IMG/VR virus record: IMGVR_UViG_3300020234_000023
Coordinates: 1-42,119 of that record
DNA length: 42,119 nucleotides
Reading direction: 5' to 3' (one strand)
DNA from: a virus
Taxonomy: Duplodnaviria > Caudoviricetes
The stretch's first letter is position 1. Each line of letters begins with the position of its first letter. Below the pieces are notes generated by a model, which was not told where the DNA came from, searched no databases, and was given only the letters and a program-made list of their open reading frames with translations. Below, one piece after another: positions 25,148 to 34,215 of this stretch. A program made the translations under genes and the position numbers.

Positions 25148-26439
25148 TCAGCTTCACGCCTCTCATTATCTTCATCTAGATTAAGGTCCATCCGCTTTAT
25201 TGCGTAACCAATAGCAGCTGGGTCTATATCTAGCCCGATGGCTCGGACGTTGAGTTCGTTAGCAGCGGGAAAGATCGGCCCAAGTCCACAGCAAGGGTCA
25301 AGCACCGTATCACCTGGTGATACACTTCGGGCGAGTAAGTCATGATAAAGAACGGCAGACTTTTCGGCGCCTCGTTTTTGTCTCCACAGAGTGCGGACAT
25401 CAATAACGTCTGGAGCGACAAGTCTAACTTTTCGATCTCCTTTCGAAGCAAAGAGAATGCACTCATACGTATATCGAGGGCCGAAATCGGGACGAGCCAA
25501 AAGGCCATTTCCCTTGCTCCAGATGATGGGTCTTGGCCATACTGACCAGCCAGCTGCTTCCATACCGCTTCGTATAAAGGCCCAGTTGGCAAAGTCGTGG
25601 AAGATGTAGGCGTGTGCTTCACGCTTACAAACCCTATAACCCTGTACTGCAATGGTGGAGATGATTCGTTCGAAGGTTTCTCGTGTGTCATCGTACTCAT
25701 GGATGATACCATCCTGGGCGTTGAAGTTTTGAGCATCCACTCCGTACGGTGGATCAGTACAGATGACGTCGATGCTTTCGGATTCGTACGTTTCCATCCA
25801 CTGAACCATATCGACTTCAGCCAGGTTATGGGGTGAGCTGGACTGAGTAGTCCTTTTAAACTCTTCAGCAAGTTTTTCATTTAGGGCAGTCCGCTGTTTG
25901 CGTTCAATTATTTTCATAACGTCCTTCTTAGTTTTTGCTTTTGCAACGTCAGGATCGTCGGCGTGTTGGTCAATCAGGAGTGCGTCCCGAATGTCCATAG
26001 CCTTGAGTCTAGCTCCAGGCTTTGATAATTCATTCGCAGTATCCGTGAGGGTCTGCGTAGTGTTAGTAATCGATCTTAGTCGGTGGAGGGATGCTCGGGC
26101 TGCGGCTTCTTCATGTACTGAAAGATCTTCGCGCATAAGGTTCTCTTCCAGCTCGGCTTCCATGATTGCAACTGTTGAAGAATTTCCCAATTCAGTAAAC
26201 GGTACGTATCCCTCTGGTATTTCTTCGCCTTGATAGCGAAGTTTACCGCCGAATACAGAGAGCATAGAGATGGCTTTAAGTCTTCGACCGCCACATACCA
26301 GCGTACCTTCGTGTAGTATAGGCGCATGAAGTAAGCCAATACGTGCAATTGACTCCGTAAGATGAGCCAATTTCGTTGTGTCAAATTCTTGTCTAATTCG
26401 CGCATTAAGTTTAATCTCTGATATGGGGATGGTACTCAT
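25144..26439 (-). CDS. ParB-like N-terminal domain fused to N6A/N4C DNA methyltransferase (beta class)
   Basis: SIARIGLLHAP...GGRRLKA...EENLMREDL (ParB-like); motif IV TDPPY precedes motif I LDPCCGLG. Confidence 0.88.
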   Translation of the reverse strand: MSTIPISEIKLNARIRQEFDTTKLAHLTESIARIGLLHAPILHEGTLVCGGRRLKAISMLSVFGGKLRYQGEEIPEGYVPFTELGNSSTVAIMEAELEENLMREDLSVHEEAAARASLHRLRSITNTTQTLTDTANELSKPGARLKAMDIRDALLIDQHADDPDVAKAKTKKDVMKIIERKQRTALNEKLAEEFKRTTQSSSPHNLAEVDMVQWMETYESESIDVICTDPPYGVDAQNFNAQDGIIHEYDDTRETFERIISTIAVQGYRVCKREAHAYIFHDFANWAFIRSGMEAAGWSVWPRPIIWSKGNGLLARPDFGPRYTYECILFASKGDRKVRLVAPDVIDVRTLWRQKRGAEKSAVLYHDLLARSVSPGDTVLDPCCGLGPIFPAANELNVRAIGLDIDPAAIGYAIKRMDLNLDEDNERREAE

Positions 26440-26452
26440 AATTACTCCGTAT

Positions 26453-26554
26453 TTATCTGTAGATATGATTCCAGATTTGGTACATTATCCATAGGGAAAT
26501 CATAATTCCCCAGAAAAGAGCTGCACCTAATTCTTTCTTTATTTCAAATTTCAT
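26453..26554 (-). CDS. 33-aa single-pass membrane peptide (not in ORF track)
   Basis: MKFEIKKELGAALFWGIMISLWIMYQIWNHIYR*; SD GGAG upstream. Confidence 0.6.
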   Translation of the reverse strand: MKFEIKKELGAALFWGIMISLWIMYQIWNHIYR

Positions 26555-26566
26555 TAGATTCTCCGT

Positions 26567-26599
26567 ATAGAAACAGGCGGGACTGGAACGCCCCGCCTG
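26567..26599 (-). terminator. Intrinsic terminator after the SSB gene
   Basis: CAGGCGGG...CCCGCCTG stem (26574-26599) followed by TTTCTAT on the minus strand. Confidence 0.55.
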
Positions 26600-26622
26600 C
26601 ATAGACCTAAAGGTCTGGTGGA

Positions 26623-27054
26623 TTAAGCTCTAACTGCCTTTACGTCCGCGTATATTTGACCTTGATCACCGAGGCGATGCTTGATCAGGATGGTGGCCGG
26701 ACGACCGCGCATCATATTGGGACTCCAGGGTTTACCGTCGTTTTGGCCTAGGGCTGAACGGACTTTGTTGAGTTGGATATTCTTGTTCTTACCGAATTCC
26801 AACGCTCCAGAATCACTAATATCCAGCCATAAGGTTTGACGTACGGTGGGCTCTTCCATACCAATTAGATCGCGTACTGTTTGATCGTCGATAATCCAGA
26901 TAAGTTCCAGAAAAGGGTTGCCCTTTGGAGTTGTATCGGCTTTGACTTCCTTGATCAGAGCTGTGTATTCATTTTCAGGAATCGGGGTGTATTCTGTTTC
27001 ACCTACACCTTCGACTTCTGTGCCCATAAAGGCATCTGCACTAAAGTTTGACAT
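26623..27054 (-). CDS. Single-stranded DNA-binding protein (DUF669-like OB fold)
   Basis: YTPIPENEYTALIKEV...LELIWII...YADVKAV pattern; next to a Sak4-like ATPase. Confidence 0.65.
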   Translation of the reverse strand: MSNFSADAFMGTEVEGVGETEYTPIPENEYTALIKEVKADTTPKGNPFLELIWIIDDQTVRDLIGMEEPTVRQTLWLDISDSGALEFGKNKNIQLNKVRSALGQNDGKPWSPNMMRGRPATILIKHRLGDQGQIYADVKAVRA

Positions 27055-27149
27055 ATTCGTTCTCGTTCACGTTTACGTTTAAGTTACTAAGGTTAGTTTC
27101 ACCACTTCACGGTGGATTCCAGGGGAATTAGGGAATTATTGTATGATAG

Positions 27150-27178
27150 ATTCTAACTTACAATCATTCAGTTGTCAA
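27150..27178 (-). promoter_or_regulatory. Sigma70 promoter
   Basis: TTGACA-17 nt-TAGAAT upstream of the SSB gene. Confidence 0.8.
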
Positions 27179-27264
27179 GCGCCGTTTATCATCAGGTTAA
27201 GCATACCTAAGATGCTGAGTCCAACAAGGGAGAAAACGAAGCAGTCTAATAAAAAGTCTTTCAT
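27175..27264 (-). CDS. 29-aa hydrophobic peptide (not in ORF track)
   Basis: MKDFLLDCFVFSLVGLSILGMLNLMINGA*; ATGA overlap with the ATPase stop. Confidence 0.5.
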   Translation of the reverse strand: MKDFLLDCFVFSLVGLSILGMLNLMINGA

Positions 27265-28109
27265 GTTGGGGCCTCCGAGGTAATTACGCCACCAGCAGAT
27301 TGCCAGCCACCAATGGCTGCGACAAACGATGGTTCGAGTGAAGCGGAGCTAGGCAGCACACGGTATTTAAGTGCAGCGTTCGCCTCATTGTTAGACCAGA
27401 TGAATTTGTCAGGCAGGCGTTTAGTCATGATGACTTCATCGAAGTTGAGGGGGACTTTGGGGGCGAGGCTTTTACCAAGCGTACTAGGCATCAGTTGTAC
27501 ACCACCCGTGATATCATCCTGCTCTCGCTCGATGTGTCCAGTCATAACGAAATGACATTGCGTATCAGTCGCAATCTTGTTCAGAAAATTTAGCAGGTTA
27601 TTCTGTGCGATCAGCCAGTCGGGTAACGCTCTTGTGGGGCGGCCACCTACAATCAGGGCCATTGACATTACGTTCAACCCTGATAGAGAGTCAAAGACTA
27701 AGCAGCGGTCAGTGCCCCACTCGCAGACGTTGCCGAACTCTTTACCAGTTCTATCATCCGTGAAGTTTTCGCACTGACGTAACACTTCAATCCATTGCAG
27801 GTACTGTCCTTTTGCAGGGTCTGTCATTTCGGTAATGAGTTTAAAGGACATACGGTTTAGATTCTTAGACATCTCAATCATAGAAGCGAAGTCCTGCGTG
27901 GCCGGCTTAACATAATGCCATCTAACAGAATCCTCAGGAAGTCCCTTATCCTTTAATGCCTTACCTATGGTGGACATTCCAGGTTCGGTGAATAAAATAT
28001 ACGGAGTTACCCCCGCTTCGACAAGTGTAACTAACGAGTGTGTCTTACCAGTACCGGTGGCTCCGATCAGTAGTACGTTAAGCCCAGGTATGGGGGAAGG
28101 TTCATTCAT
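27261..28109 (-). CDS. AAA_24 / Sak4-like recombination ATPase
   Basis: Walker A GATGTGKT, Walker B CLVFDS, TGH, FDEV. Confidence 0.8.
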   Translation of the reverse strand: MNEPSPIPGLNVLLIGATGTGKTHSLVTLVEAGVTPYILFTEPGMSTIGKALKDKGLPEDSVRWHYVKPATQDFASMIEMSKNLNRMSFKLITEMTDPAKGQYLQWIEVLRQCENFTDDRTGKEFGNVCEWGTDRCLVFDSLSGLNVMSMALIVGGRPTRALPDWLIAQNNLLNFLNKIATDTQCHFVMTGHIEREQDDITGGVQLMPSTLGKSLAPKVPLNFDEVIMTKRLPDKFIWSNNEANAALKYRVLPSSASLEPSFVAAIGGWQSAGGVITSEAPT

Positions 28110-28404
28110 GTGTATTCCTCAGTTCTAAGTCAATTAAAATGTGTCTGGCATAGCGAACAATATCTTTAATTTGATCTTGCATGTCAGGGTCAATATAGTG
28201 TCCGTCGATAGAGGTCTGCATATAGGCAGCCATCTTTTCAACGAGGTTTCCATAGTTCAGCAGGCGTAAGTTATCCTTACGAAGCGCCTTGGCTTCAATG
28301 TGCATTTCCATTAAGGCTGTTTTAATCTCAGGTGCGAGAGTTAAATCCGTCACCGAGAGATTCTTAGCTTGCCTCCATCTTTCAAGCATTTTTTCAGTAA
28401 TCAC
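28102..28404 (-). CDS. Hypothetical protein
   Basis: 100 aa, GTG start with SD GAGGT. Confidence 0.55.
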   Translation of the reverse strand: MITEKMLERWRQAKNLSVTDLTLAPEIKTALMEMHIEAKALRKDNLRLLNYGNLVEKMAAYMQTSIDGHYIDPDMQDQIKDIVRYARHILIDLELRNTHE

Positions 28405-28452
28405 TAAAGTACCTCTTGTTAAATTTCAAATTTCGACATTTATAATACCAAA

Positions 28453-28596
28453 TTATTTTGCAGGTTGCAACTCGTCTAGTCGCGTCTCGATATGGTCAAT
28501 ACGCTCTTTAAGTAATTTTAGGATCACTAAACTGTCCTTATTAGCGGCGTTTAGTTTATCAACTATCTCTATTAGTTCTTCTAAGACTTTAATCAT
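28453..28596 (-). CDS. Short coiled-coil protein
   Basis: Start reassigned to MIKVLEEL (SD AAGGAG); heptad pattern. Confidence 0.45.
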   Translation of the reverse strand: MIKVLEELIEIVDKLNAANKDSLVILKLLKERIDHIETRLDELQPAK

Positions 28597-28804
28597 TTTT
28601 AATTTCTCCTTTGCATTCGAAAGCATGTAAGAAATTTTTCCACACTTTGCGTAAAATCCGCCTGCGATCATAGCAGACAGACAGGTTATAGGCTCCGTAT
28701 TTTTCAAACGGAATGAGGTATGCGCGTATCCATTCTCCGTCGACTGGAGGGCCAACAAAAAAAGCGGGGTAGAGTATTACTACCCCGACAAGGTAAGCCT
28801 TCAT
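28589..28804 (-). CDS. Hypothetical protein with hydrophobic N-terminus
   Basis: 71 aa, tightly spaced between neighbours. Confidence 0.45.
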   Translation of the reverse strand: MKAYLVGVVILYPAFFVGPPVDGEWIRAYLIPFEKYGAYNLSVCYDRRRILRKVWKNFLHAFECKGEIKND

Positions 28805-28806
28805 AC

Positions 28807-29154
28807 CTAGAAGGGTATGTCGTCAGGGACAAAGTCCGAAGCAGGTTCTACTTCTACCTTAGAGCCTTTGTACGGCTTAGGCTTACGTGAGGGTTTGGGC
28901 TTCTTCTCCTTTGTAGCGTTAGAATCATGTGCAGCGTCCTTATCGTTATAAGGAAACACATTGAACCAGCCGACGAAGGGGACTTCGTTTCCAGCCATAT
29001 CCACTGTAAAGGTCGGGATGCAGTCAAGCTTTAGAGACCGTTTGCCGCTAGAGTTCTCAATGATCCGTCCGCATTGGAGCCACTTTGTTCGTTCGGCTCC
29101 GTCATCACCAGTGAATCGGTGTAGGGGTACTGCTAGTTGTTCTACGATGGGCAT
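28807..29154 (-). CDS. Small putative ssDNA-binding protein with SSB-type DDIPF tail
   Basis: KWLQCG...SLKLDCIP...GWFNVF beta-rich core, Lys/Pro linker, C-terminal DFVPDDIPF. Confidence 0.6.
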   Translation of the reverse strand: MPIVEQLAVPLHRFTGDDGAERTKWLQCGRIIENSSGKRSLKLDCIPTFTVDMAGNEVPFVGWFNVFPYNDKDAAHDSNATKEKKPKPSRKPKPYKGSKVEVEPASDFVPDDIPF

Positions 29155-29378
29155 GACATTACCTCCATTTCGCCACGAGGATAATACCTCATAAGATCTT
29201 TTGTCGTAAAAGCCTCTTCGGTGTAGCTAGTACACCATACAGGGCCAAAGTATTCCCAAGCAAGTCTGCGGCCAGCTTCTTCATCTGGTGCGTTAAATAC
29301 AGCAACGCAGTCACAGTCAAAAGTTTTGCCATTTACTCGATGGGTATGACTTTGCCCAAAGGTTATATAGATTTTCAT
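29142..29378 (-). CDS. Hypothetical phage protein
   Basis: 78 aa, YITFGQSH...FGPVWCTSY; ATGA coupling. Confidence 0.55.
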   Translation of the reverse strand: MKIYITFGQSHTHRVNGKTFDCDCVAVFNAPDEEAGRRLAWEYFGPVWCTSYTEEAFTTKDLMRYYPRGEMEVMSCPS

Positions 29379-29776
29379 ATCTTCCTCCGGAAGTGTCGGT
29401 ACTTATAGTAATCTTGCCAGGTCTTGATGCCAAGTCGCTTCCAGTACTCCACTATATCTAACTCGCGATGGAGTAGTTCGGGTGGCAGGGATAGGTTCCA
29501 CGGATCATTCCAAGGGTCCCAGAGAGAACCGAAGCCACACCTGAAGCATGGCCAGGTTTTCCAGTTCCAATGAGGATCGTCGTCACGTAGCACGACCCTC
29601 TTGGCCCAGATGTCACCACAGTGATGACACCCGATGTTCCAAGACTCTGGTAGCCATTCGCGTCCATCCAGATTCATAGCCGGTGCTTGTGTCTCAGGGT
29701 AGAGATGATAAGTCACCTTGTATGGATCAAGGATGAACTGCGTTGGATACATTGTCTTACCAATGAAGATTTTCAT
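29375..29776 (-). CDS. Trp/Cys-rich zinc-binding hypothetical protein
   Basis: CHHCG and CFRCG pairs; ATGA coupling. Confidence 0.55.
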   Translation of the reverse strand: MKIFIGKTMYPTQFILDPYKVTYHLYPETQAPAMNLDGREWLPESWNIGCHHCGDIWAKRVVLRDDDPHWNWKTWPCFRCGFGSLWDPWNDPWNLSLPPELLHRELDIVEYWKRLGIKTWQDYYKYRHFRRKI

Positions 29777-30144
29777 TCCTTGATTTTGATAACCCGAAGT
29801 ACCTTACATTTATTAACAAGGTAAGAAACTATTGATCCGTCAGATTGATTGTGTCCGTGACTTACCAAAGTATCAAAAATGAAATTTCTAGTGTAAGTCT
29901 TTGTCATATCCTTATCCCAAAGATCTTTTTTGGTTTTAAGCCAAGTCGCTTGATATTGTCCTTTGGTGGGCCCTTTACCCTTTAAGGATATACCGAGGAC
30001 TGTATCGGGTGACATCTGAGGATGTCTGTTAGGGCCTCGTTTGGTTTTTCCGTTAGCGAGGTGAGGTGGGTCAATGAAGCAGCTTACTTCGTAGCCGAGT
30101 TCTACAAACTTGGAAGCTTGTGCTAGTGTTACTTGTATAGTCAT
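29773..30144 (-). CDS. Basic hypothetical protein
   Basis: 123 aa, in operon. Confidence 0.5.
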   Translation of the reverse strand: MTIQVTLAQASKFVELGYEVSCFIDPPHLANGKTKRGPNRHPQMSPDTVLGISLKGKGPTKGQYQATWLKTKKDLWDKDMTKTYTRNFIFDTLVSHGHNQSDGSIVSYLVNKCKVLRVIKIKE

Positions 30145-30148
30145 AATA

Positions 30149-31069
30149 TTATACCTTAAGGTGGTCTAAAGGATTCCACACAAATTCGTGGAAGTCCGGC
30201 TCAATCCATTCTTTCCAGTTCCGTTGCTTACACAGGGTTATATATGGGCAGCCGCCGTAAGCTTTGCAGGCGTATCCATATGAGGGGAGAAAGTGGTCTT
30301 CACCTTCGTCGAATTTCTGCAGCATAGTGCGTATATTCTCCGATAGCAGGTTCCGCCAACTTTCCACTTCGAATTTTGTGCGATGTTCAATTGCTTGAGC
30401 GTGCCCAAAGCTAGTCTTTAGGATACTAACACCCCTGATGATAGCAACGGTGGTCTTAAAGCCGGCTTCTTGTCCGGCCCAGATGTATCCAGTCATTTGA
30501 GAGTCTAAAGACCAACCTTTAACCCACTGATTGCCTAGTTGAGACGTTGTTTTGTCGTCATAGACTGCAGGTTCAGTGGCATAGTCAGCAAACATATCGA
30601 ATCGGCCAGCGTATAGAATGGGGTCTCCGTTCGGGTGTACCTGTTCTATAGGTATGGCAAAGGAAAATTCGATAGCAGGTTTTTGATCCCGATGTCCTAG
30701 GGGTGCTACCCAGTCCGTGGCCATTGGCCAGGTCTCAAAGAAGTACAGCAAGGCACATAGGCAGTTGGTTAAGGACTTCTGCTCTCCAATTAGGGGATCA
30801 TCCAGTTCGGTAGCCCACTCCTTGATGATAGCAAGTAGAGCTTTACCGAGGTAATCCTCTTTGTTTATGTTTCCCTTCTCGTAAAACTCCCTGCGAGCTA
30901 CCTCCAGTCCCTTTGCGTAGGCGCCTCCGAATACTAGATGTACCGAAGGCTTGCCAGCTCGTAGGTTGTAGATATGACCAAGCAGAAATTTCCGTTGGCA
31001 TGAGTCCCATGCAGTGCGCATGGTGTTGTCCACTGCTACAGGAAACTCGTATTTAAGTTCAACTGTCAT
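30149..31069 (-). CDS. PD-(D/E)XK exonuclease (Cas4/AddB-like, probable Fe-S cluster)
   Basis: SCQRK, AGRFD, YDDKTT, QMTGY and C-terminal C-x5-CPY-x3-C. Confidence 0.82.
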   Translation of the reverse strand: MTVELKYEFPVAVDNTMRTAWDSCQRKFLLGHIYNLRAGKPSVHLVFGGAYAKGLEVARREFYEKGNINKEDYLGKALLAIIKEWATELDDPLIGEQKSLTNCLCALLYFFETWPMATDWVAPLGHRDQKPAIEFSFAIPIEQVHPNGDPILYAGRFDMFADYATEPAVYDDKTTSQLGNQWVKGWSLDSQMTGYIWAGQEAGFKTTVAIIRGVSILKTSFGHAQAIEHRTKFEVESWRNLLSENIRTMLQKFDEGEDHFLPSYGYACKAYGGCPYITLCKQRNWKEWIEPDFHEFVWNPLDHLKV

Positions 31070-31277
31070 CAGGCTTATCCTCCTTAGGCTTGAATAGATC
31101 AGCCAGGTTTACAATGGGTTTGGACACAGTTTTCTTGGCTGCAACTGCACCCCTTGTACTGTGCAGGGCCTGAACAGCTTTGTATATGTCCGCTGGCTCA
31201 GGGTCAGGTTGGTTAGGATCAAGGACGATAGCCCTCATGTCCAGAACCGTTTGCATATTTTCTTCATATGATGGCAT
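31059..31277 (-). CDS. Hypothetical protein
   Basis: 72 aa, coupled to neighbours. Confidence 0.5.
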   Translation of the reverse strand: MPSYEENMQTVLDMRAIVLDPNQPDPEPADIYKAVQALHSTRGAVAAKKTVSKPIVNLADLFKPKEDKPDDS

Positions 31278-31536
31278 CTTTTGGTTCCTCGGTTGTAGCG
31301 TTAGTAGTAAGTTCCTCAGCGTCAGCTTTAAGCTTAGCCTTGGTCAGAGAGTTAACATATCCATTTTTAGCAGCTCTATGGGCTAGGGGCTGGTTACGAC
31401 GATAGCCTGAATACCGTTTCCTGAATAGCTTACGGAACTCAGGTTTATCAATGCTTCCGTGATCTTTCCAGATTGATTCCCCAATCTTATAGCCTACATT
31501 GTAAATGCTTTGTAGCCGCTGTTTTCGTTTGGACAT
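31264..31536 (-). CDS. Basic hypothetical protein
   Basis: 90 aa, SD GAGGT. Confidence 0.5.
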   Translation of the reverse strand: MSKRKQRLQSIYNVGYKIGESIWKDHGSIDKPEFRKLFRKRYSGYRRNQPLAHRAAKNGYVNSLTKAKLKADAEELTTNATTEEPKDAII

Positions 31537-31539
31537 GCG

Positions 31540-31770
31540 TTACCTCTGTAAGATGATGTCAGTTAGGTCGCTGACGTCAATTGTTTGTACGTTGTGCTTA
31601 GCTGCTGTAATTAAACGTGTTAGCAATTGTTCGACAATCAGAGATTTCTTACCATAAGAACTACGGTTGGCAAGAGGGTCTTGCAATAACAGTTCGAACT
31701 GGATTGCAAGGGTCTCATCTATCCTAAAGGTCACGGCCTTTGTTGGATTAAGCAGTTTGCGCCTAGCCAT
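31540..31770 (-). CDS. Ribbon-helix-helix-like DNA-binding protein
   Basis: KAVTFRIDETLA strand-helix followed by KSLIVEQLL helix. Confidence 0.5.
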   Translation of the reverse strand: MARRKLLNPTKAVTFRIDETLAIQFELLLQDPLANRSSYGKKSLIVEQLLTRLITAAKHNVQTIDVSDLTDIILQR

Positions 31771-32053
31771 GAATGAACTCCTGAGCTTTAGAAAATGCTC
31801 GTACGCCTGAAATATGTTTTATGGCTTCAGGGTAATCTTCATTAAAGCGTAAGAAGACTTCAACAGGCCACTCGGCATAAGTCATTTCAATTGGTAGGCT
31901 GGCCATACCTTTAATTTGAGAGTTTTCAGTATGCTCAAAATTTAGTATGATTGAACCCTCGGAGCCAGATGGATGATCTAAAGGTGGATCAACAACTTCA
32001 GCTTCCATTAATTGTAGATATCCAGTTTTGGTAGAGATTATTTCAGTGTTCAT
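31763..32053 (-). CDS. Hypothetical protein
   Basis: 96 aa, SD AGGAG. Confidence 0.5.
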   Translation of the reverse strand: MNTEIISTKTGYLQLMEAEVVDPPLDHPSGSEGSIILNFEHTENSQIKGMASLPIEMTYAEWPVEVFLRFNEDYPEAIKHISGVRAFSKAQEFIHG

Positions 32054-32553
32054 GGTTGATCTCCTGTATATTCATTTGTTCGTTCGCTGTTGCAAAATAC
32101 TTCTGAATCACAACAGTCACTGCGCCACACCCAATCATGGTGCCAGTCTTTAATCCCCCAAAATTCCGTGGGGCCTATGCCTTCATCAACATTTTTTGGG
32201 TAGCAGGCTAAACCACAGCTACCACACCAAGCATCATTTTTATTCTTCAGGCACTCACCACCTCCCTCGCGATGAGGGAACTTGTAAGCACCACAATAGC
32301 AGACTTCTGTGTTGTTGACGAGTGTTGCTGTAAATCGATTTAAGTAAATGTCACGGCCACGCATAACACCTGATAAAACTGTTAAGTATCCGCAGCGTAT
32401 ATTAGCGGGCATCTTGCCTGATCCGCAGTTATCTAGGATTGGGGATTTAACCCAGACGTTCCTATCTAATAACTGAGTACGGTAGGGGAAATATCCTGAC
32501 TCTTTTAGCACATCAGTTATCAGATAGCGGCGGTGTAGCTTCAAGCACAACAT
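32050..32553 (-). CDS. Cys-rich hypothetical protein
   Basis: CYCGAYKFPHR..GGEC, CGSCG, SDCC; probable start ATG 32553 (SD GGAGG). Confidence 0.5.
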   Translation of the reverse strand: MLCLKLHRRYLITDVLKESGYFPYRTQLLDRNVWVKSPILDNCGSGKMPANIRCGYLTVLSGVMRGRDIYLNRFTATLVNNTEVCYCGAYKFPHREGGGECLKNKNDAWCGSCGLACYPKNVDEGIGPTEFWGIKDWHHDWVWRSDCCDSEVFCNSERTNEYTGDQP

Positions 32554-32932
32554 CAACTTCCTCCCATGTATAAGTAGACTTAACAAAACAGACTTCACAG
32601 AAGGGAATTTTAACTTGAATTACATCAGTAAAGCGGGGAAGACCACTGAACTCGTTTATATTCTCATACGCTTCGAAGTGCGTCAGGGTCTTGCTTACCT
32701 TTTTAACAAGAGGCCATTGATTAATACATTGATACTCCTCACCACACGCACAAGTCTGATGAGTAGCTTTTAAATGGACGGATTCAGGAATACAAGCATC
32801 CAGTTTTAGCTGTCGTAGGTATTCCTTAGTACGCTTAAATTGATCGTCGCCAGTTTCGGCTTTAGAACGCTTGGGGCGTTTCAGCCCCTTACGTCGTTTA
32901 GCGTCTGCGATCAGGGCTTCAAGACCCATCAT
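32513..32932 (-). CDS. Zinc-ribbon hypothetical protein
   Basis: CACG and CEVC pairs; ATGA overlap with the upstream stop. Confidence 0.5.
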   Translation of the reverse strand: MMGLEALIADAKRRKGLKRPKRSKAETGDDQFKRTKEYLRQLKLDACIPESVHLKATHQTCACGEEYQCINQWPLVKKVSKTLTHFEAYENINEFSGLPRFTDVIQVKIPFCEVCFVKSTYTWEEVDVVLEATPPLSDN

Positions 32933-33150
32933 GGTGTGGCCACCTCCCAATCAATAGTGAGGGTAATGGTGGCTACTGCCCTTATATACTCATTATTCTT
33001 ATCCATTTCCCATACTTTGAGGGCATAAGCATCTGCATCAAGGTTTATATCTTGAAGTATAAAATGCTTAGCCTGTCGTATTGCATCATGATAGTCAGTG
33101 TAGCCACGATCTATGCAATCCCCATCAGAGTCTATGATAGCATATCTCAT
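32929..33150 (-). CDS. Hypothetical protein
   Basis: Start reassigned to MRYAIIDSDG (SD AGGAG, ATGA overlap). Confidence 0.5.
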   Translation of the reverse strand: MRYAIIDSDGDCIDRGYTDYHDAIRQAKHFILQDINLDADAYALKVWEMDKNNEYIRAVATITLTIDWEVATP

Positions 33151-33224
33151 GCGGCTAACTCCTGTAGCATTAAAGCTACAATTAGTAAGCCGACGATAAC
33201 CGCGAAGTCGAGGAAGGTGTTCAT
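33147..33224 (-). CDS. 25-aa single-pass membrane peptide (not in ORF track)
   Basis: MNTFLDFAVIVGLLIVALMLQELAA*; ATGA overlaps at both ends. Confidence 0.65.
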   Translation of the reverse strand: MNTFLDFAVIVGLLIVALMLQELAA

Positions 33225-33484
33225 ATATCACCATCCTGCCCGAAGGAACAAACTTCAACGAGTCCCAATACGGTACGGGTGTAACTGGTGATATAGTTTG
33301 GCTCACCACCAAGTGACACTGCCGCCCATCCCGCATATCCAGGGCCGTCCGAAATATAATGATCCCAGACGGCTATCCAGTCCGACTCGTAATCGTCACC
33401 GAAGTGAGCGAAGTTAGCGTCGGCTATTTCCTTCTGTTCTACAACAGTAGGCTCTCGAGGTGTATACTTTAGGTTAGGAGGCAT
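33221..33484 (-). CDS. Hypothetical protein
   Basis: 87 aa, YISDGPGYAG motif, coupled to neighbours. Confidence 0.55.
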   Translation of the reverse strand: MPPNLKYTPREPTVVEQKEIADANFAHFGDDYESDWIAVWDHYISDGPGYAGWAAVSLGGEPNYITSYTRTVLGLVEVCSFGQDGDI

Positions 33485-34109
33485 AGCGTTTATTCCCCTT
33501 TGCTGGCATCCACTTCAGATCGAACAAAGAGGGGAAGTGTTCCGATTCCTTTCGATCCTCAGCCATAACAACTATCTTACCCGTTGCGCCTTCTTGAAGG
33601 GGTGGAGTTCCACCGATCAGCTCATATTCCATACCGTCTGGGAGTCTAACTATCTCACCCCACGGTAATTCCATATCGCTGTTAGTGTCAATCAGAATCC
33701 ATCCGTTACAGGTGGGATATTCACGCTCGGGTGATCCGCCATCCTTAGCAGGGTCGGGTTCATCTTCCATCATTCGCTCCCGTTCAATAAAAGCGTCAAT
33801 GAGCTTTGCAATCCCCCTACCTGCCTTGTCATCCCTAATCTTCCGGCGACATATATGAATGAATCCCTGTATCGCCATTGGCAGTTTATTAACTTCCCAG
33901 ATTTCTTCCGTGTCGGGTATTAATGCCTTAGTATCGGGGTCTAACTCTACTGAGGCTATCCAAGGCCCGTAGCGTTTAAAGTCCTCTGTACTAGCAGGTT
34001 CCTCCATTTTCAATCCGTATAGCTTACCGGATTCGTGATCGTCGAACTTGAACAAAGCAATGCTTTCTCCAGGGCAACGTGGTAGATCATCTCGTGCTAT
34101 TGGTTTCAT
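33474..34109 (-). CDS. Hypothetical early protein
   Basis: Probable start MKPIARDD (SD GGAG), downstream of a promoter. Confidence 0.55.
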   Translation of the reverse strand: MKPIARDDLPRCPGESIALFKFDDHESGKLYGLKMEEPASTEDFKRYGPWIASVELDPDTKALIPDTEEIWEVNKLPMAIQGFIHICRRKIRDDKAGRGIAKLIDAFIERERMMEDEPDPAKDGGSPEREYPTCNGWILIDTNSDMELPWGEIVRLPDGMEYELIGGTPPLQEGATGKIVVMAEDRKESEHFPSLFDLKWMPAKGNKRYAS

Positions 34110-34163
34110 ATTACGCTCCGTATGCGTTAAGTGTTTGAATATGGGCAAAATACGCCCAATGTA

Positions 34164-34192
34164 ATTATTGCATATTGGGGGTCAGGTGTCAA
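34164..34192 (-). promoter_or_regulatory. Sigma70 promoter
   Basis: TTGACA-17 nt-AATAAT, followed by a short GC hairpin at the predicted 5' end. Confidence 0.6.
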
Positions 34193-34215
34193 ATGATATA
34201 TTTCAAGGGGGGATT

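Noticed and set aside
30149-31069. Cas4 as part of a CRISPR system
   Set aside because: No cas genes or repeat-spacer array; Cas4-like exonucleases near Sak4/SSB are ordinary phage recombination genes.
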